Shown here: positions 49,339-58,384 of the stretch, in pieces
Layout of the letters: every line of letters starts with the position of its first letter
Numbering within the stretch: the first letter of the stretch is position 1
Source of the DNA: Longimicrobiales bacterium
Lineage (GTDB): Bacteria > Gemmatimonadota > Gemmatimonadetes > Longimicrobiales > Gaopeijiaceae
Assembly: GCA_041690395.1 (NCBI GenBank)
Contig: JAWLHJ010000006.1
Location: forward strand, 230,530 to 294,529
Direction: 5' to 3'
Length of the DNA stretch: 64,000 nucleotides
The notes under the pieces: generated by a model
The model's input: the letters and a program-made list of their open reading frames with translations, nothing else
Database searches by the model: none
What the model was told of the DNA's origin: nothing
Translations under genes and position numbers: made by a program

Positions 49339-49671
49339 ATGCCGGGTCCCGGGGACGACATGATTCGTGGCACCCTCGACATGCTGATCCTGAAGGTGCT
49401 CTCGCAGGAGCCGATGCACGGGTGGGGGATCGGCGAGCGCATCCAGCGGATCTCCGAGGACGCGCTCCAGGTGAACCAGGGATCACTGTATGCGTCTCTG
49501 CACAGACTGACCCGCGAGGGGTGGATCGAGTCGACGTGGGGCCGCACCGAGAACAATCGGCGGGCCCGGTACTACCGGCTCACCGCCGCCGGGGAACGAC
49601 GGCTGGGCACCGAGCGGGCCGAGTGGGAGCGCCTGTCCGCCGGGGTGGACCGCATTCTGGGATGGACGTGA
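49339..49671 (+). CDS. PadR-family regulator (ADOP-associated type)
   Basis: GTLDMLILKVL, MHGWGI, QGSLY.SLHRL, WGRTENNRRARYYRLT. Confidence 0.95.
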   Translation: MPGPGDDMIRGTLDMLILKVLSQEPMHGWGIGERIQRISEDALQVNQGSLYASLHRLTREGWIESTWGRTENNRRARYYRLTAAGERRLGTERAEWERLSAGVDRILGWT

Positions 49672-49687
49672 CGACGGGGAGGGACGT

Positions 49688-52312
49688 ATGCGTTGGCTCG
49701 GGGATCTGCTGTTTCGACTGAAGGCGCTCTTCCGGCGCGAGGAGCTGGAGGGCGGGCTCGACGAAGAGATCCGCTTCCACCTCGAGATGGAGGAGCAGAA
49801 GCTCCGGGACGAGGGGATGAACGCGACCGAGGCGCATCGCATCGCGCGGGTCCGCTTCGGAGGGGAGGACCGCTACCGTGAGCGGGCGCGCGAGTCCTGG
49901 GGTGTCGGTGTGCTGACCGAGCTCGGTTCGGACGTGCGCTTCGCTACGCGTCGACTCCTCGAGCATCCGACGTTCAGCCTGCTCGCGGTACTCACACTGG
50001 CCCTCGGCATCGGTGGCACGGTCGCGCTCGCGTCGGTCGTGCAGGCGCTCATGATCCGGCCCCTTCCCGTGGCCGACGCCGAGCGCGTGGTCACGTTCTG
50101 GAGCGAGTACAACTGGCGGGGTGAGGAGTTCGACCACGTCCGCGAGATCCCGGAGTCCTTCGAGGAGATCGCCGCCTACTCGATCGATTCGTATACGCTG
50201 CGCGCCGACGCAGGGTCGTCTCTGGTTCTGGCGACCGTGGCGTCGGCGGAGCTCTTCGACGTGATGGGTGTGCGGCCGCTTCTGGGCCGAGGCTTCCGGG
50301 CCGGGGACGACCGGCCGGGAGCGGAGCGCATCGTCGTGCTGGGTCACAGCCTCTGGCGGCAGGAGTTCGGCGCCGATCCGGACGTACTCGGTCGGCGTGT
50401 GGCGCTGAGCGGCGAGCCGCACACGGTCGTCGGTGTCATGCCGGAGGGCTTCTACTTTCCGACACCGGAGACCGGCCTGTTCGTGCCGCTCGATCTCGAC
50501 CCCGCGGACCCCGCGTATGCCGGGAACGGCTGGCTCGTGCTGACGGGTCGGCTCCGCGCCGGCGCGACGGACGCCGCCGTGCAACGCGATCTCGAGCGAA
50601 TCACGACGGCGCTCGGTGCGCGGTACGACTATCCCACGGAGTGGGACAAGACGCGCGGCGCGTATGTGACGCCCCTGCGCGAGTATCTCTTCGGGGATCT
50701 CCGACCGGCGCTCCTGCTCCTCCTCGGCGCCGTCGGCGTCCTCCTTCTCATGGCGTGCGTGAACGTCGCGGCGCTGATCCTGACCAAGACGGTGGACCGC
50801 ACCCGGGAGATGTCGGTCCGCGCCGCGCTGGGTGCGGGGCGGGCCCGACTCGCACGACAGGTTCTTACGGAGTCCGTCATCCTCGGGCTCGCCGCCGGCG
50901 CGGTCGGGGTCCTGCTCGCCGTGGCCGCGTTCGATCTGCTCGTCGCCAGCCTCCCCCTCCGAGACGCGTTTCGTGAGACGGTCACGCTCGATTGGACGGC
51001 GTTGCTGACCGGCGTGCTTCTCTCCGTCGTCAGCGGCAGTCTGATCGCGCTGGCCCCCATGCGGAGTCTTCTGAGCGGCGACCTCTCGTCCTTCGGATTC
51101 GGCGACCGCAACTCGGGCCGCGGGGGCGTGCAGGCCAGCCGGATGCAGCGGACCCTGGTGTTCGCCGAAGTCCTTCTCGCCGTGGTGATGGTGACCGGAG
51201 CCGCCCTGCTCGTGCGTACGGTCGGCGAGTTACGCGCGCTCGAGCTCGGCTTCGAACCGGAGGGCCTCGTCGCCCTGGACATCCTCCTCCCGGAGGAACA
51301 GACCACGGAGGTCGAGCGAGCGGCTTATTTCACAGAGCTGTTAGTGCGGGCCGAGGCATTGCCCGGGGTGTCGGGGGCGACGCTGCTGAACCGGTTGCCG
51401 CTCGCCGACGGGGGCATGCAGGCGTCAGTCACGATTCCGGGGCACCCCGACTTGCAGGGGGCGGACCGCCCCACCGCGCTCTTCCGCCCTCTCACGCCAG
51501 GCGGATTCGAGCTCCTCGGGATGCGGCTCGTGGAAGGTCGTACGTTCGAGGCGACGGACACCCGTGACGCTCCCCCGGTGGCGGTGGTCAATGAGACGTT
51601 CGCTCGCCGCGTCTGGGGCGACGAGATCGCCATTGGGCGGACGTACCGGTCGGGGTTCGCCCTCGGAGACGTCCTCATCGTGGGCGTCGTCGCGGACATG
51701 GCGGTCACCGATCTCACGGGTGCGCCGCCCATGGTCGGCTACTATCCCTGGGACCAGGCCCTTCGGGGTGAGGCCTTCGGGATCCTGACCATCCGAGCCT
51801 CGGGGAACCCCACCGAGATCGTGCCCGCACTCCGCGGGCTGGTTCAGGAGCTCGACGGGAGGGCCGCGGTCGGTCGTGTCCAGACGATGGACAACGTGGT
51901 GGATGCCGAGATGGCGGAGCCGCTCCGGCTCCGGTTCTTCCTGGGGGTGTTCGCGGTCCTCGGGCTCGTGCTCGGCACGGTGGGCGTGTACGGCGTCGTC
52001 TCCTACTCCGTGGAGCGGCGGCGCGCCGAGTTCGGGATCAGGATGGCGCTCGGCGCCGAGCCCGCGCGCTTGATGGGCACGATCCTGAAGCAGGGGATGC
52101 TCCCCGTCGTCCTGGGTGTGGTCGGTGGAACCGCGTGCGCCCTGCTCGCCTCGGGCGTGGTGGCGCGCTTCCTGTTCGAGGTGGAACCGACCGACCCGGG
52201 GAGCCTCATGGTGGCCGCCGCTGCGCTCCTGGTGGCGGGGGGCGTCGCGGCGCTTCTGCCGGCGTTGCGAGCGAGCAGTGCGGATCCGGCTTCGGCCCTA
52301 CGCTCGGATTGA
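49688..52312 (+). CDS. ADOP-type duplicated ABC permease
   Basis: LDEEIRFHLE..ARVRFGG prefix, LTLALGIG, ACVNVA, EFGIRMALGA. Confidence 0.93.
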   Translation: MRWLGDLLFRLKALFRREELEGGLDEEIRFHLEMEEQKLRDEGMNATEAHRIARVRFGGEDRYRERARESWGVGVLTELGSDVRFATRRLLEHPTFSLLAVLTLALGIGGTVALASVVQALMIRPLPVADAERVVTFWSEYNWRGEEFDHVREIPESFEEIAAYSIDSYTLRADAGSSLVLATVASAELFDVMGVRPLLGRGFRAGDDRPGAERIVVLGHSLWRQEFGADPDVLGRRVALSGEPHTVVGVMPEGFYFPTPETGLFVPLDLDPADPAYAGNGWLVLTGRLRAGATDAAVQRDLERITTALGARYDYPTEWDKTRGAYVTPLREYLFGDLRPALLLLLGAVGVLLLMACVNVAALILTKTVDRTREMSVRAALGAGRARLARQVLTESVILGLAAGAVGVLLAVAAFDLLVASLPLRDAFRETVTLDWTALLTGVLLSVVSGSLIALAPMRSLLSGDLSSFGFGDRNSGRGGVQASRMQRTLVFAEVLLAVVMVTGAALLVRTVGELRALELGFEPEGLVALDILLPEEQTTEVERAAYFTELLVRAEALPGVSGATLLNRLPLADGGMQASVTIPGHPDLQGADRPTALFRPLTPGGFELLGMRLVEGRTFEATDTRDAPPVAVVNETFARRVWGDEIAIGRTYRSGFALGDVLIVGVVADMAVTDLTGAPPMVGYYPWDQALRGEAFGILTIRASGNPTEIVPALRGLVQELDGRAAVGRVQTMDNVVDAEMAEPLRLRFFLGVFAVLGLVLGTVGVYGVVSYSVERRRAEFGIRMALGAEPARLMGTILKQGMLPVVLGVVGGTACALLASGVVARFLFEVEPTDPGSLMVAAAALLVAGGVAALLPALRASSADPASALRSD

Positions 52313-52379
52313 GCGGGCTGGACACGCGACGGTGACCGAAGTTCCTTAGGACATCGTCGTCGAACCCCCCGGGACGCAC

Positions 52380-52556
52380 ATGGACCGCATCGCCGAATTC
52401 CTCATCGCGAACCCGATCGTCCTCTTCCCGATACTGCTCGTGGTCGCGATGATCGCGTTCGCGCTCCTCAAGAAGCTCCTGAAGATGGCGGCGGTCCTCG
52501 CCATCGCGGGTGTGCTCTACGCCCTTCTCGTCGAGTACTTCGGGCCGGGTTTCTGA
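52380..52556 (+). CDS. 58-aa two-TM membrane microprotein (absent from ORF track)
   Basis: Hand translation MDRIAEFLIANPIVLFPILLVVAMIAFALLKKLLKMAAVLAIAGVLYALLVEYFGPGF*. Strong GC3 bias. Confidence 0.75.
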   Translation: MDRIAEFLIANPIVLFPILLVVAMIAFALLKKLLKMAAVLAIAGVLYALLVEYFGPGF

Positions 52557-52557
52557 C

Positions 52558-53409
52558 TCAGAACGCGATGCGCCGCGTGATGTTGAAGCCGATGCGCCAC
52601 TCGTCGGGCGTGAACTCGACGGCGCTGCCGCCGAGTAGCTGGGACGGGTTCATTCGTACCTGATTGGTGAGCAGCAGCTTGAAGAAGTGACCGCGCGTAC
52701 GGATCTCGAGGCCCAGGGCGCCGCTGTCGAACGCCCGCCCCTGCCGCTCCTCCGACACGATCCACTCCGCGATGAATCCGAGGTTGTCGGTCGCCGCCAC
52801 CCGCCCGTGCAGGCCGAGCACGAAAGCGTCGTCGGCCTCGAGATCGCGGATGCGCGGGTTGCGCAGGTAGGTCGGCACGATGCCGACGGACACCCTCTCG
52901 CCCAGCCCCACGTCGAGCACACCCTGAAGGTAGGCCTGCCTCTCGTTTTCGGTCCGGCCGTCGGTCACCCCCTGCGTCGACGCCGTGTTCCAGGCGACCG
53001 CGCCCGTGACACCGAACGCGACCGGAACGCCTTCCGACCCACCTTCGACGAGGCGCGCGCTCCCCCACAGCTCCACGTTGTCGGCCAGGTTGCTCCGCCT
53101 GACGCCGAGGAGGGCCGCGTCGGTCACGGCGTAGGCGAGCCCGAGCCGATTGATCACGGGTCCGTCGAGCCCCCAGAACGCCTCGCTTCCGTCGGAGATG
53201 GCCGGTGTGAACCGGTGCGAGATCTCGAACAGGAGATCTCCCCGGGGCAGCGTCGCCGTGGTGGGCAGGTTGGCGGCGTGCGACGAATGGAAGATCTGTG
53301 CGGCGAGCGGATGAGGCCCGAGAGGGCCGGCCTCGGAGAGGGCGGTCGCGACCGACAGAACGGCGGCCGTGACCAGCAAGCGGAACGGGGCGAACGGCGG
53401 AGCGGCCAT
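52558..53409 (-). CDS. outer-membrane beta-barrel protein (DUF5777-like)
   Basis: Signal peptide, NLPT.ATL, FEISHRF, FWGLDG, TRGHFFKLLLTN, GFNITR. GGAGG SD before 53409. Confidence 0.75.
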   Translation of the reverse strand: MAAPPFAPFRLLVTAAVLSVATALSEAGPLGPHPLAAQIFHSSHAANLPTTATLPRGDLLFEISHRFTPAISDGSEAFWGLDGPVINRLGLAYAVTDAALLGVRRSNLADNVELWGSARLVEGGSEGVPVAFGVTGAVAWNTASTQGVTDGRTENERQAYLQGVLDVGLGERVSVGIVPTYLRNPRIRDLEADDAFVLGLHGRVAATDNLGFIAEWIVSEERQGRAFDSGALGLEIRTRGHFFKLLLTNQVRMNPSQLLGGSAVEFTPDEWRIGFNITRRIAF

Positions 53410-53510
53410 GATTCCTCCGGGATCGGGCACGATGATTTCGTCCCACCTAAATTCGTGACCTCCGGGGTGTCGCGCCAGGGTGGTGGCGCGCTGCCTTCAG
53501 CGGGGTTGCG

Positions 53511-54371
53511 CTACCGCCAGTCCTCGGCGTAATCCGCCGCGAAGGCCTCGAAGGTGCCGGCCGGCCTCCCGAGGACACGGGACACGTCGCCCGTGACCTC
53601 CGCCCTGACGCCGGCCCTGACCGACTGGTAGAGCGCGATGACCACGCCGGCGATCTGAGGCGACCAGCCGGCGCCGACGAGCCAACCGAGCATCTCCTGG
53701 TCCGTGCAACTCTCGAACCGGATCTCGCGCCCGGTGGCCTTCGAGATGGCCGCGGCCATCTCCGCGTGGGAGAGGGCGGCGGGACCCGTGAGCGTATACG
53801 CCTTCCCGACGTGGTCCCGTCCGGTGAGCGCGACAGCCGCCACGGCCGCCACGTCGCGGCCGTCGACCATGCTCACCGCCGCGTCGCCGACCGGCATCGC
53901 GAAGCGTCCCGTGCGCCGGATGCGCTCGCCCAGGAAGTCACGCCGGAAGTTCTGCATGAGCAGGTTGGGGCGCAGGAACGTGTAGTCCACGCCGAGCGAG
54001 GCGAGGTGCTTCTCGAGTCGCCTGATGGGGAGGTCTCCACGGACCTCCATCCCCATGGCAGAAAGCGTCACGACGTGCTCCGCGCCGGCCTGCACCGCCC
54101 AGTCCAGCAGAGGGGCCAACGTCTCGTACGCGTCCGGATCGAACGGCGGAGGCTGGAGGAAGACCCGGTCGGCCCACTCGACGGCGGCGTCGAAGGTCGC
54201 GGGCTGACGGTAGTCCAACTCGACGACCTCGACGGAGTCGTCGAAGAGGCCACGCGCTCGGTCGGGGCTGCGAGTGCCGGCCTTGACCTCCACGCCGTCA
54301 CGCACGAGCAGGCCGACGAGTTCTGATCCGACGATGCCGGTGGCACCGGTCACGAGAATGCGGTCGCTCAT
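53511..54371 (-). CDS. NmrA-like atypical SDR oxidoreductase
   Basis: ILVTGATGIVG, TFLRPNLLMQN, VDGRDVA, YTLTGP, VLGRP. Confidence 0.9.
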   Translation of the reverse strand: MSDRILVTGATGIVGSELVGLLVRDGVEVKAGTRSPDRARGLFDDSVEVVELDYRQPATFDAAVEWADRVFLQPPPFDPDAYETLAPLLDWAVQAGAEHVVTLSAMGMEVRGDLPIRRLEKHLASLGVDYTFLRPNLLMQNFRRDFLGERIRRTGRFAMPVGDAAVSMVDGRDVAAVAAVALTGRDHVGKAYTLTGPAALSHAEMAAAISKATGREIRFESCTDQEMLGWLVGAGWSPQIAGVVIALYQSVRAGVRAEVTGDVSRVLGRPAGTFEAFAADYAEDWR

Positions 54372-54451
54372 GTCACGACGATAGCGGACCCATCGCCACG
54401 AGGGCAACGCGTAAGGCGGCACCTCGACGACCGGGTCGCGGCGTCGAGCGC

Positions 54452-54874
54452 CTAAGGCGCGTCTCCGTCGGGGACGAAGCGATAACACCACGCGGCGCCC
54501 TCCAGCACGACCTCGCCGTCCGCCCGCGTGACCCGAACCGCAAGCTCGCAGACGGGTTTGCGCTCATGGACCGAGCGGACCTCGGCGGTCGCCTCGATGG
54601 TGTCTCCGATGAAAACGGGAGCGGTGAACTTCCAGTCCTGGCTGAGGAACACCGTGCCCGGTCCCGGCATATCCTCGGCGACCAGAGCATGCAACAGCCC
54701 CGTCGTGATCCCGCCCTGTGCCGTCAGCCGTCCGAACGGCGTGCCGGCGGCGAACGCCTCGTCGAAATGGAGCGGATTCCGGTCACCGGTGATCTCGGCG
54801 TACTGGTTCACGTGGTCCCGGGTGACCGTCATGGTGCGCGACGCGGTGCGCCCCGGCTCGAGGTCGAGATTCAC
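54452..54874 (-). CDS. MaoC-family (R)-hydratase
   Basis: TGDRNPLHFD, PGPGTV, FTAPVFIGD. GTG start with GGAGGAGG SD. Confidence 0.9.
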   Translation of the reverse strand: MNLDLEPGRTASRTMTVTRDHVNQYAEITGDRNPLHFDEAFAAGTPFGRLTAQGGITTGLLHALVAEDMPGPGTVFLSQDWKFTAPVFIGDTIEATAEVRSVHERKPVCELAVRVTRADGEVVLEGAAWCYRFVPDGDAP

Positions 54875-54893
54875 GTTGCCTCCTCCTTGTCTG

Positions 54894-55280
54894 TCAGCGG
54901 TACTCCGCGAGTTCCTCGCCTTCCACACTGTCGAGATCGAACAGGCGATAGTCGCAGGTCAGCTCCTCCCCGGCTTCTATGTCGCGCTTGGCCAGCGTGC
55001 AGGGACCGTCCACGTCATCGCAGTTCGGCTCGAAGGAGTGGTTCATGAATTTGCCGTTGTCCCCGCACAGGACGTAGTAGCCGCCCGGCTCACGGTAGAC
55101 GTACCGGAGCAGCCATCCGCGGTAGGGCTCGGGGAAGAGAGCGAAGTCGTCCACGGGAATCCTCCAGTCGACCCCCGGAGTGAACTCCCAGATCACCGTT
55201 CCGGCCGAGATGGGGCGGGTGGCGAAGAGACCGACGCCCTCGATGGCGCTCGGTTTGACGACGGTGGGCACGCGCAGCAT
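54894..55280 (-). CDS. stand-alone SET-domain methyltransferase
   Basis: SAIEGVGLFA, FMNHSFEPNC, RDIEAGEELTCDY. Confidence 0.92.
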   Translation of the reverse strand: MLRVPTVVKPSAIEGVGLFATRPISAGTVIWEFTPGVDWRIPVDDFALFPEPYRGWLLRYVYREPGGYYVLCGDNGKFMNHSFEPNCDDVDGPCTLAKRDIEAGEELTCDYRLFDLDSVEGEELAEYR

Positions 55281-55472
55281 GCCTGGTCACGACTCGAGGC
55301 CTCACGACTCCCCCAGCGGATGAAGCCTCTCCGAGTGTCCTTCCATTCGCCGCCGCGACCTCGCTGGGAAGGCGCGCGACCCACCGTCCATCCGGACGAT
55401 GCGTGATAGCTAGCGAAGCGCCCGATCGATTTCAATAGCCCCGTGAGCCCGGCCCCCGGGCACCTATCGGGC

Positions 55473-56507
55473 TCACCACCGCAAGCCCGCGACGAAGGTG
55501 CGGATACGATCCAGAACGAGATCCGTGGTCTCCGGTGAGAGCGCGTCGCCGGCCGGCACATGCCGGTCCGGATCGCCGGGATTCTCGACCCGGAAAAGAG
55601 ACTTCACCTCGGACCCCAAACGCTCGAAGGCGCGCGCCGTCTCCGTTGCGTCCACGATTCCGTCGTCCGGGACGTAGATCACGAGCGTGGGCGTGCGGAT
55701 CTTCTCCAGCGGCGACGTCCGGACGTGCTCCGTCAGCGCCATCATCGGGAGGAGTGCTTCCGTCGCGTAGCACGACGTCCAGTACCGCGCATGCAGCTCG
55801 TTGTGCGTGGGAAAACAACGTTCGTCTCCCACCACGAGGCGCGCGAGGACACCGCCCCAGGGCCAGAGCAGAAGGCGTGACATCCGGTCCCGTGGATGGA
55901 AGTTCGGCGAGAGGAGGACGAGGGCCGCCACGTCGCTCGCGAGCTCCGGGCGAGAGACCGCCCACGTCGCGAGCGTGCCCCCCGTCGACGTCCCCACCAG
56001 GAGCACACGGTCTCCTATGGCCCGCCCGATCGCCACGGCCTCGGCCATGTCGCGGAGCCAAGCAGACGTGGTCGCCTCGGCCATCGCGTCACCGTCACGC
56101 CCGTGACCGGTCAGCCGGGTGAAGTAGACGTTCGCGCCGAGCTCCCGCCCGAGCCGCGTCACCAGCGGCTCCACCTCGTGCCGGTCGGCGCTGAAGCCGT
56201 GCACGTACACGACGGCCAGCGGTGTAGGAGCGCGGGTCGCCGGGTCCAACCAGGTCACCTGCCTCTCGGCGCCGGGCCGGATATCCGGAACGGTCGCTTC
56301 CACACCCCGGAGGTAGGTATCCACGTCGCCTTGGACAACCGGCACCTCGTGAAGCTCACCCATCTCGACGCGCGGACCGAGGAGGAGCAGGGCCACCAGA
56401 CCGGCGCCCAGCACCCACCATGCCCGCCGTCCGCGGAGCCCTCCGAGCGCGTAGCGCACGGGCGACGCACGCGAGCGACTGGCAGGAACCGGCTCGGAAC
56501 CCGACAT
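55473..56507 (-). CDS. alpha/beta hydrolase with N-terminal anchor
   Basis: VHGFS, GHG, nucleophile elbow GTSTGG, DDGIV, HV. Confidence 0.85.
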   Translation of the reverse strand: MSGSEPVPASRSRASPVRYALGGLRGRRAWWVLGAGLVALLLLGPRVEMGELHEVPVVQGDVDTYLRGVEATVPDIRPGAERQVTWLDPATRAPTPLAVVYVHGFSADRHEVEPLVTRLGRELGANVYFTRLTGHGRDGDAMAEATTSAWLRDMAEAVAIGRAIGDRVLLVGTSTGGTLATWAVSRPELASDVAALVLLSPNFHPRDRMSRLLLWPWGGVLARLVVGDERCFPTHNELHARYWTSCYATEALLPMMALTEHVRTSPLEKIRTPTLVIYVPDDGIVDATETARAFERLGSEVKSLFRVENPGDPDRHVPAGDALSPETTDLVLDRIRTFVAGLRW

Positions 56508-56540
56508 TGGATCGACCCTCGACAGGAGCGTACCCCAGGA

Positions 56541-57032
56541 ATGTCTCGTGAAGGATACACGCTAGGCCGCGAGGATGTGCTCGGCCACCCGGCCCTCACG
56601 GACCCGGATACCGGGCTCGCCAACCGCCTCCACTTCGAGCTGGTCTACCGCTACATGTTCCAGGCGGGTGACCGGGGCATGGCGTTCACCATCATGCTGG
56701 TCGCCGTGGGCGGCGGGCGCCCGCTCGACATCGATGCCGAGGGACTCCGCCGCATGGGCGATACCCTCCAATCCACGACTCGGCTTTCCGATCTGGTCGC
56801 CCACGTCGGCGGGCCGCGGTTCGCCGTTCTATTGCTCGGAACGAACCTCCCCGGAGCCCGCATCGCCGCGGACCGCATCGAGTCGGCCCTGCGTGAGACG
56901 ACGGCCGAGCCGATCTCCATCGGCATCGCGACCTTCGACCCGCGCATGAAGCACCATCGGGAGCTACTGGACGCCGCGGAGGCGGCCCTGGAAAAGGCAC
57001 GGCGAGCCGGCGGGGGCGTCGAGATGGGGTGA
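56541..57032 (+). CDS. degenerate GGDEF-domain protein
   Basis: TDPDTGLANR, RLSD-x5-GGPRF in place of GGDEF, SIGIA, ALEKARRAG. Confidence 0.8.
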   Translation: MSREGYTLGREDVLGHPALTDPDTGLANRLHFELVYRYMFQAGDRGMAFTIMLVAVGGGRPLDIDAEGLRRMGDTLQSTTRLSDLVAHVGGPRFAVLLLGTNLPGARIAADRIESALRETTAEPISIGIATFDPRMKHHRELLDAAEAALEKARRAGGGVEMG

Positions 57033-57640
57033 TGGAGGGGTCCCCCGACTTCCATACCCTCGTCCGCAGGACCGAAGGAGCGCAGCCCTGGCGTCGAGCC
57101 TTCCATGCGGCCAACGGCGTCGTGCTCGCGATCGTGCTGTCGTGGTGGCCCTTCGCTCCGGACACTGCGTGGATCGCGGCGTGGGCGGTGGCCGTGGCAC
57201 TCCTCATCGGAGACCTGATCCGGCTCCGGGTTCCGAAGGCCAACGAGCTCTTCTTCCGACTGTTCCGGAGCCTCGCCTCTCCGAGAGAAGCGGATGGGCT
57301 CGCATCCTCCACGTGGTACGCCGTCGGCATCGCCGTGGCCGTCACCTTCACGCCGGCACCCGTCGCCGTATCGGGGATCCTGGTCCTCGCCTTCTCGGAC
57401 CCGGCCGCGAGCTACTTCGGGCGGCGTTGGGGTCGGAGGCCCTTCCTCGGCGGCTCGGTGGAAGGGAGCATGCTCTTCCTACTGGTCACCGTCGCCGTGT
57501 TGGCCCCTCGTCATGGGTGGGCGGTCGCGTTGGCCGTAGCCCTTCCCGTGACGCTGCTCGAGCGGCGCTCCTGGCCCCTCGACGACAACTTCACCGTTCC
57601 GGTGGCGACCGCCGCGATCGTGGGCCTGCTCACTGCCTGA
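57032..57640 (+). CDS. CTP-dependent polyprenol/phytol/DAG kinase family membrane protein
   Basis: RRAFH, SDPAASYFGRRWG, SVEGS, DDNFTVP. TGATG overlap. Confidence 0.8.
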   Translation: MEGSPDFHTLVRRTEGAQPWRRAFHAANGVVLAIVLSWWPFAPDTAWIAAWAVAVALLIGDLIRLRVPKANELFFRLFRSLASPREADGLASSTWYAVGIAVAVTFTPAPVAVSGILVLAFSDPAASYFGRRWGRRPFLGGSVEGSMLFLLVTVAVLAPRHGWAVALAVALPVTLLERRSWPLDDNFTVPVATAAIVGLLTA

Positions 57641-57658
57641 CGCCTCGCTGGAGGGGCC

Positions 57659-58015
57659 TCAGCACTCCACCAGTTCGATGGTATCGGGCTGGTTCGGCAC
57701 GACGCACAGGAATTCGAAGCCCTCGTCCCCGGCGGCGTAGTTGTGCGGCACGCCACCGGGAATGTAGACGACGTCGCCGGCCTTCACGTCGTGGACGGCG
57801 TCACCGATCTGGACGCGTGCGCTCCCACGTAGCACGTACTGCTCGTGCTCGACCGAGTTGGTGTGCATCGGCATGCCACCACCGGGCTCCATGATGAAGC
57901 GCCGCATCGCGAAGTTCGGGCCCTCATCCGGTCCGATGAGGACCTGGCGCGTGGTTCCGGTGCCGGCTTTGACCTCTTCGGCGGGCAAGCTGTCCGCGTG
58001 ACGTACGGAAGACAT
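57659..58015 (-). CDS. cupin-domain protein
   Basis: FAMRRF, MHTNSVEHEQYVL.G, GDVVYIPGGVPHNY. AGGAG SD. Confidence 0.9.
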   Translation of the reverse strand: MSSVRHADSLPAEEVKAGTGTTRQVLIGPDEGPNFAMRRFIMEPGGGMPMHTNSVEHEQYVLRGSARVQIGDAVHDVKAGDVVYIPGGVPHNYAAGDEGFEFLCVVPNQPDTIELVEC

Positions 58016-58106
58016 TCCGATCTCCTGGTGCTTGGGTGATTGCAGAAGTGGAGCGGAATCCGACCCTCTCCGCAAGATCGCGCGCTCGCCGCGTCGGACC
58101 AGGCCC

Positions 58107-58146
58107 AAACGAAAACGGCCCGGCGAAACCGAAGTTCCACCGGACC
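58107..58146 (-). terminator. intrinsic terminator
   Basis: Minus strand GGTCCGGTGGAAC-TTCG-GTTTCGCCGGGCC followed by GTTTTCGTTT. Confidence 0.7.
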
Positions 58147-58301
58147 TCTGCGAGACGCCCGTGACCCTCCCGCCAACAGACGTCCGCATTCCTTTCGCGG
58201 CTCCGCCGGCAACCCCTGCCCAGAGCTCCCGGCGGAGCCCGGGAGGCTTCGGCCGACGACCATCGAACTCGGTCGCTCTCTCGGCGCTCGCCTCCCAATC
58301 C
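58107..58301 (-). ncRNA. candidate structured sRNA or cis-regulatory leader (unassigned family)
   Basis: Several consecutive hairpins bounded by a CTGATA-N17-TATCCT promoter-like site and the terminator. Confidence 0.4.
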
Positions 58302-58353
58302 TGACGAAGGATAGCCCGGGCGCAGGGATGTATCAGTCGGGTAAGACTCCAGA

Positions 58354-58380
58354 TGCGTGTAGGGAAATCCCCCACACGCA
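58354..58380 (-). terminator. hairpin right after the 136-aa gene stop
   Basis: TGCGTGTAGGGA-AAT-CCCCCACACGCA imperfect stem. Confidence 0.45.
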
Positions 58381-58384
58381 CGCC

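Noticed and set aside
58199..58296. Assignment to glycine, c-di-GMP-I or T-box riboswitch
   Set aside because: Only fragments match (GAGAG...CCGAAG; GGGGTTGCC; GGTGGAAC). Core motifs such as CTCTCAGG, GGCAAAC/GCAAAGC and UGGNACC are missing.
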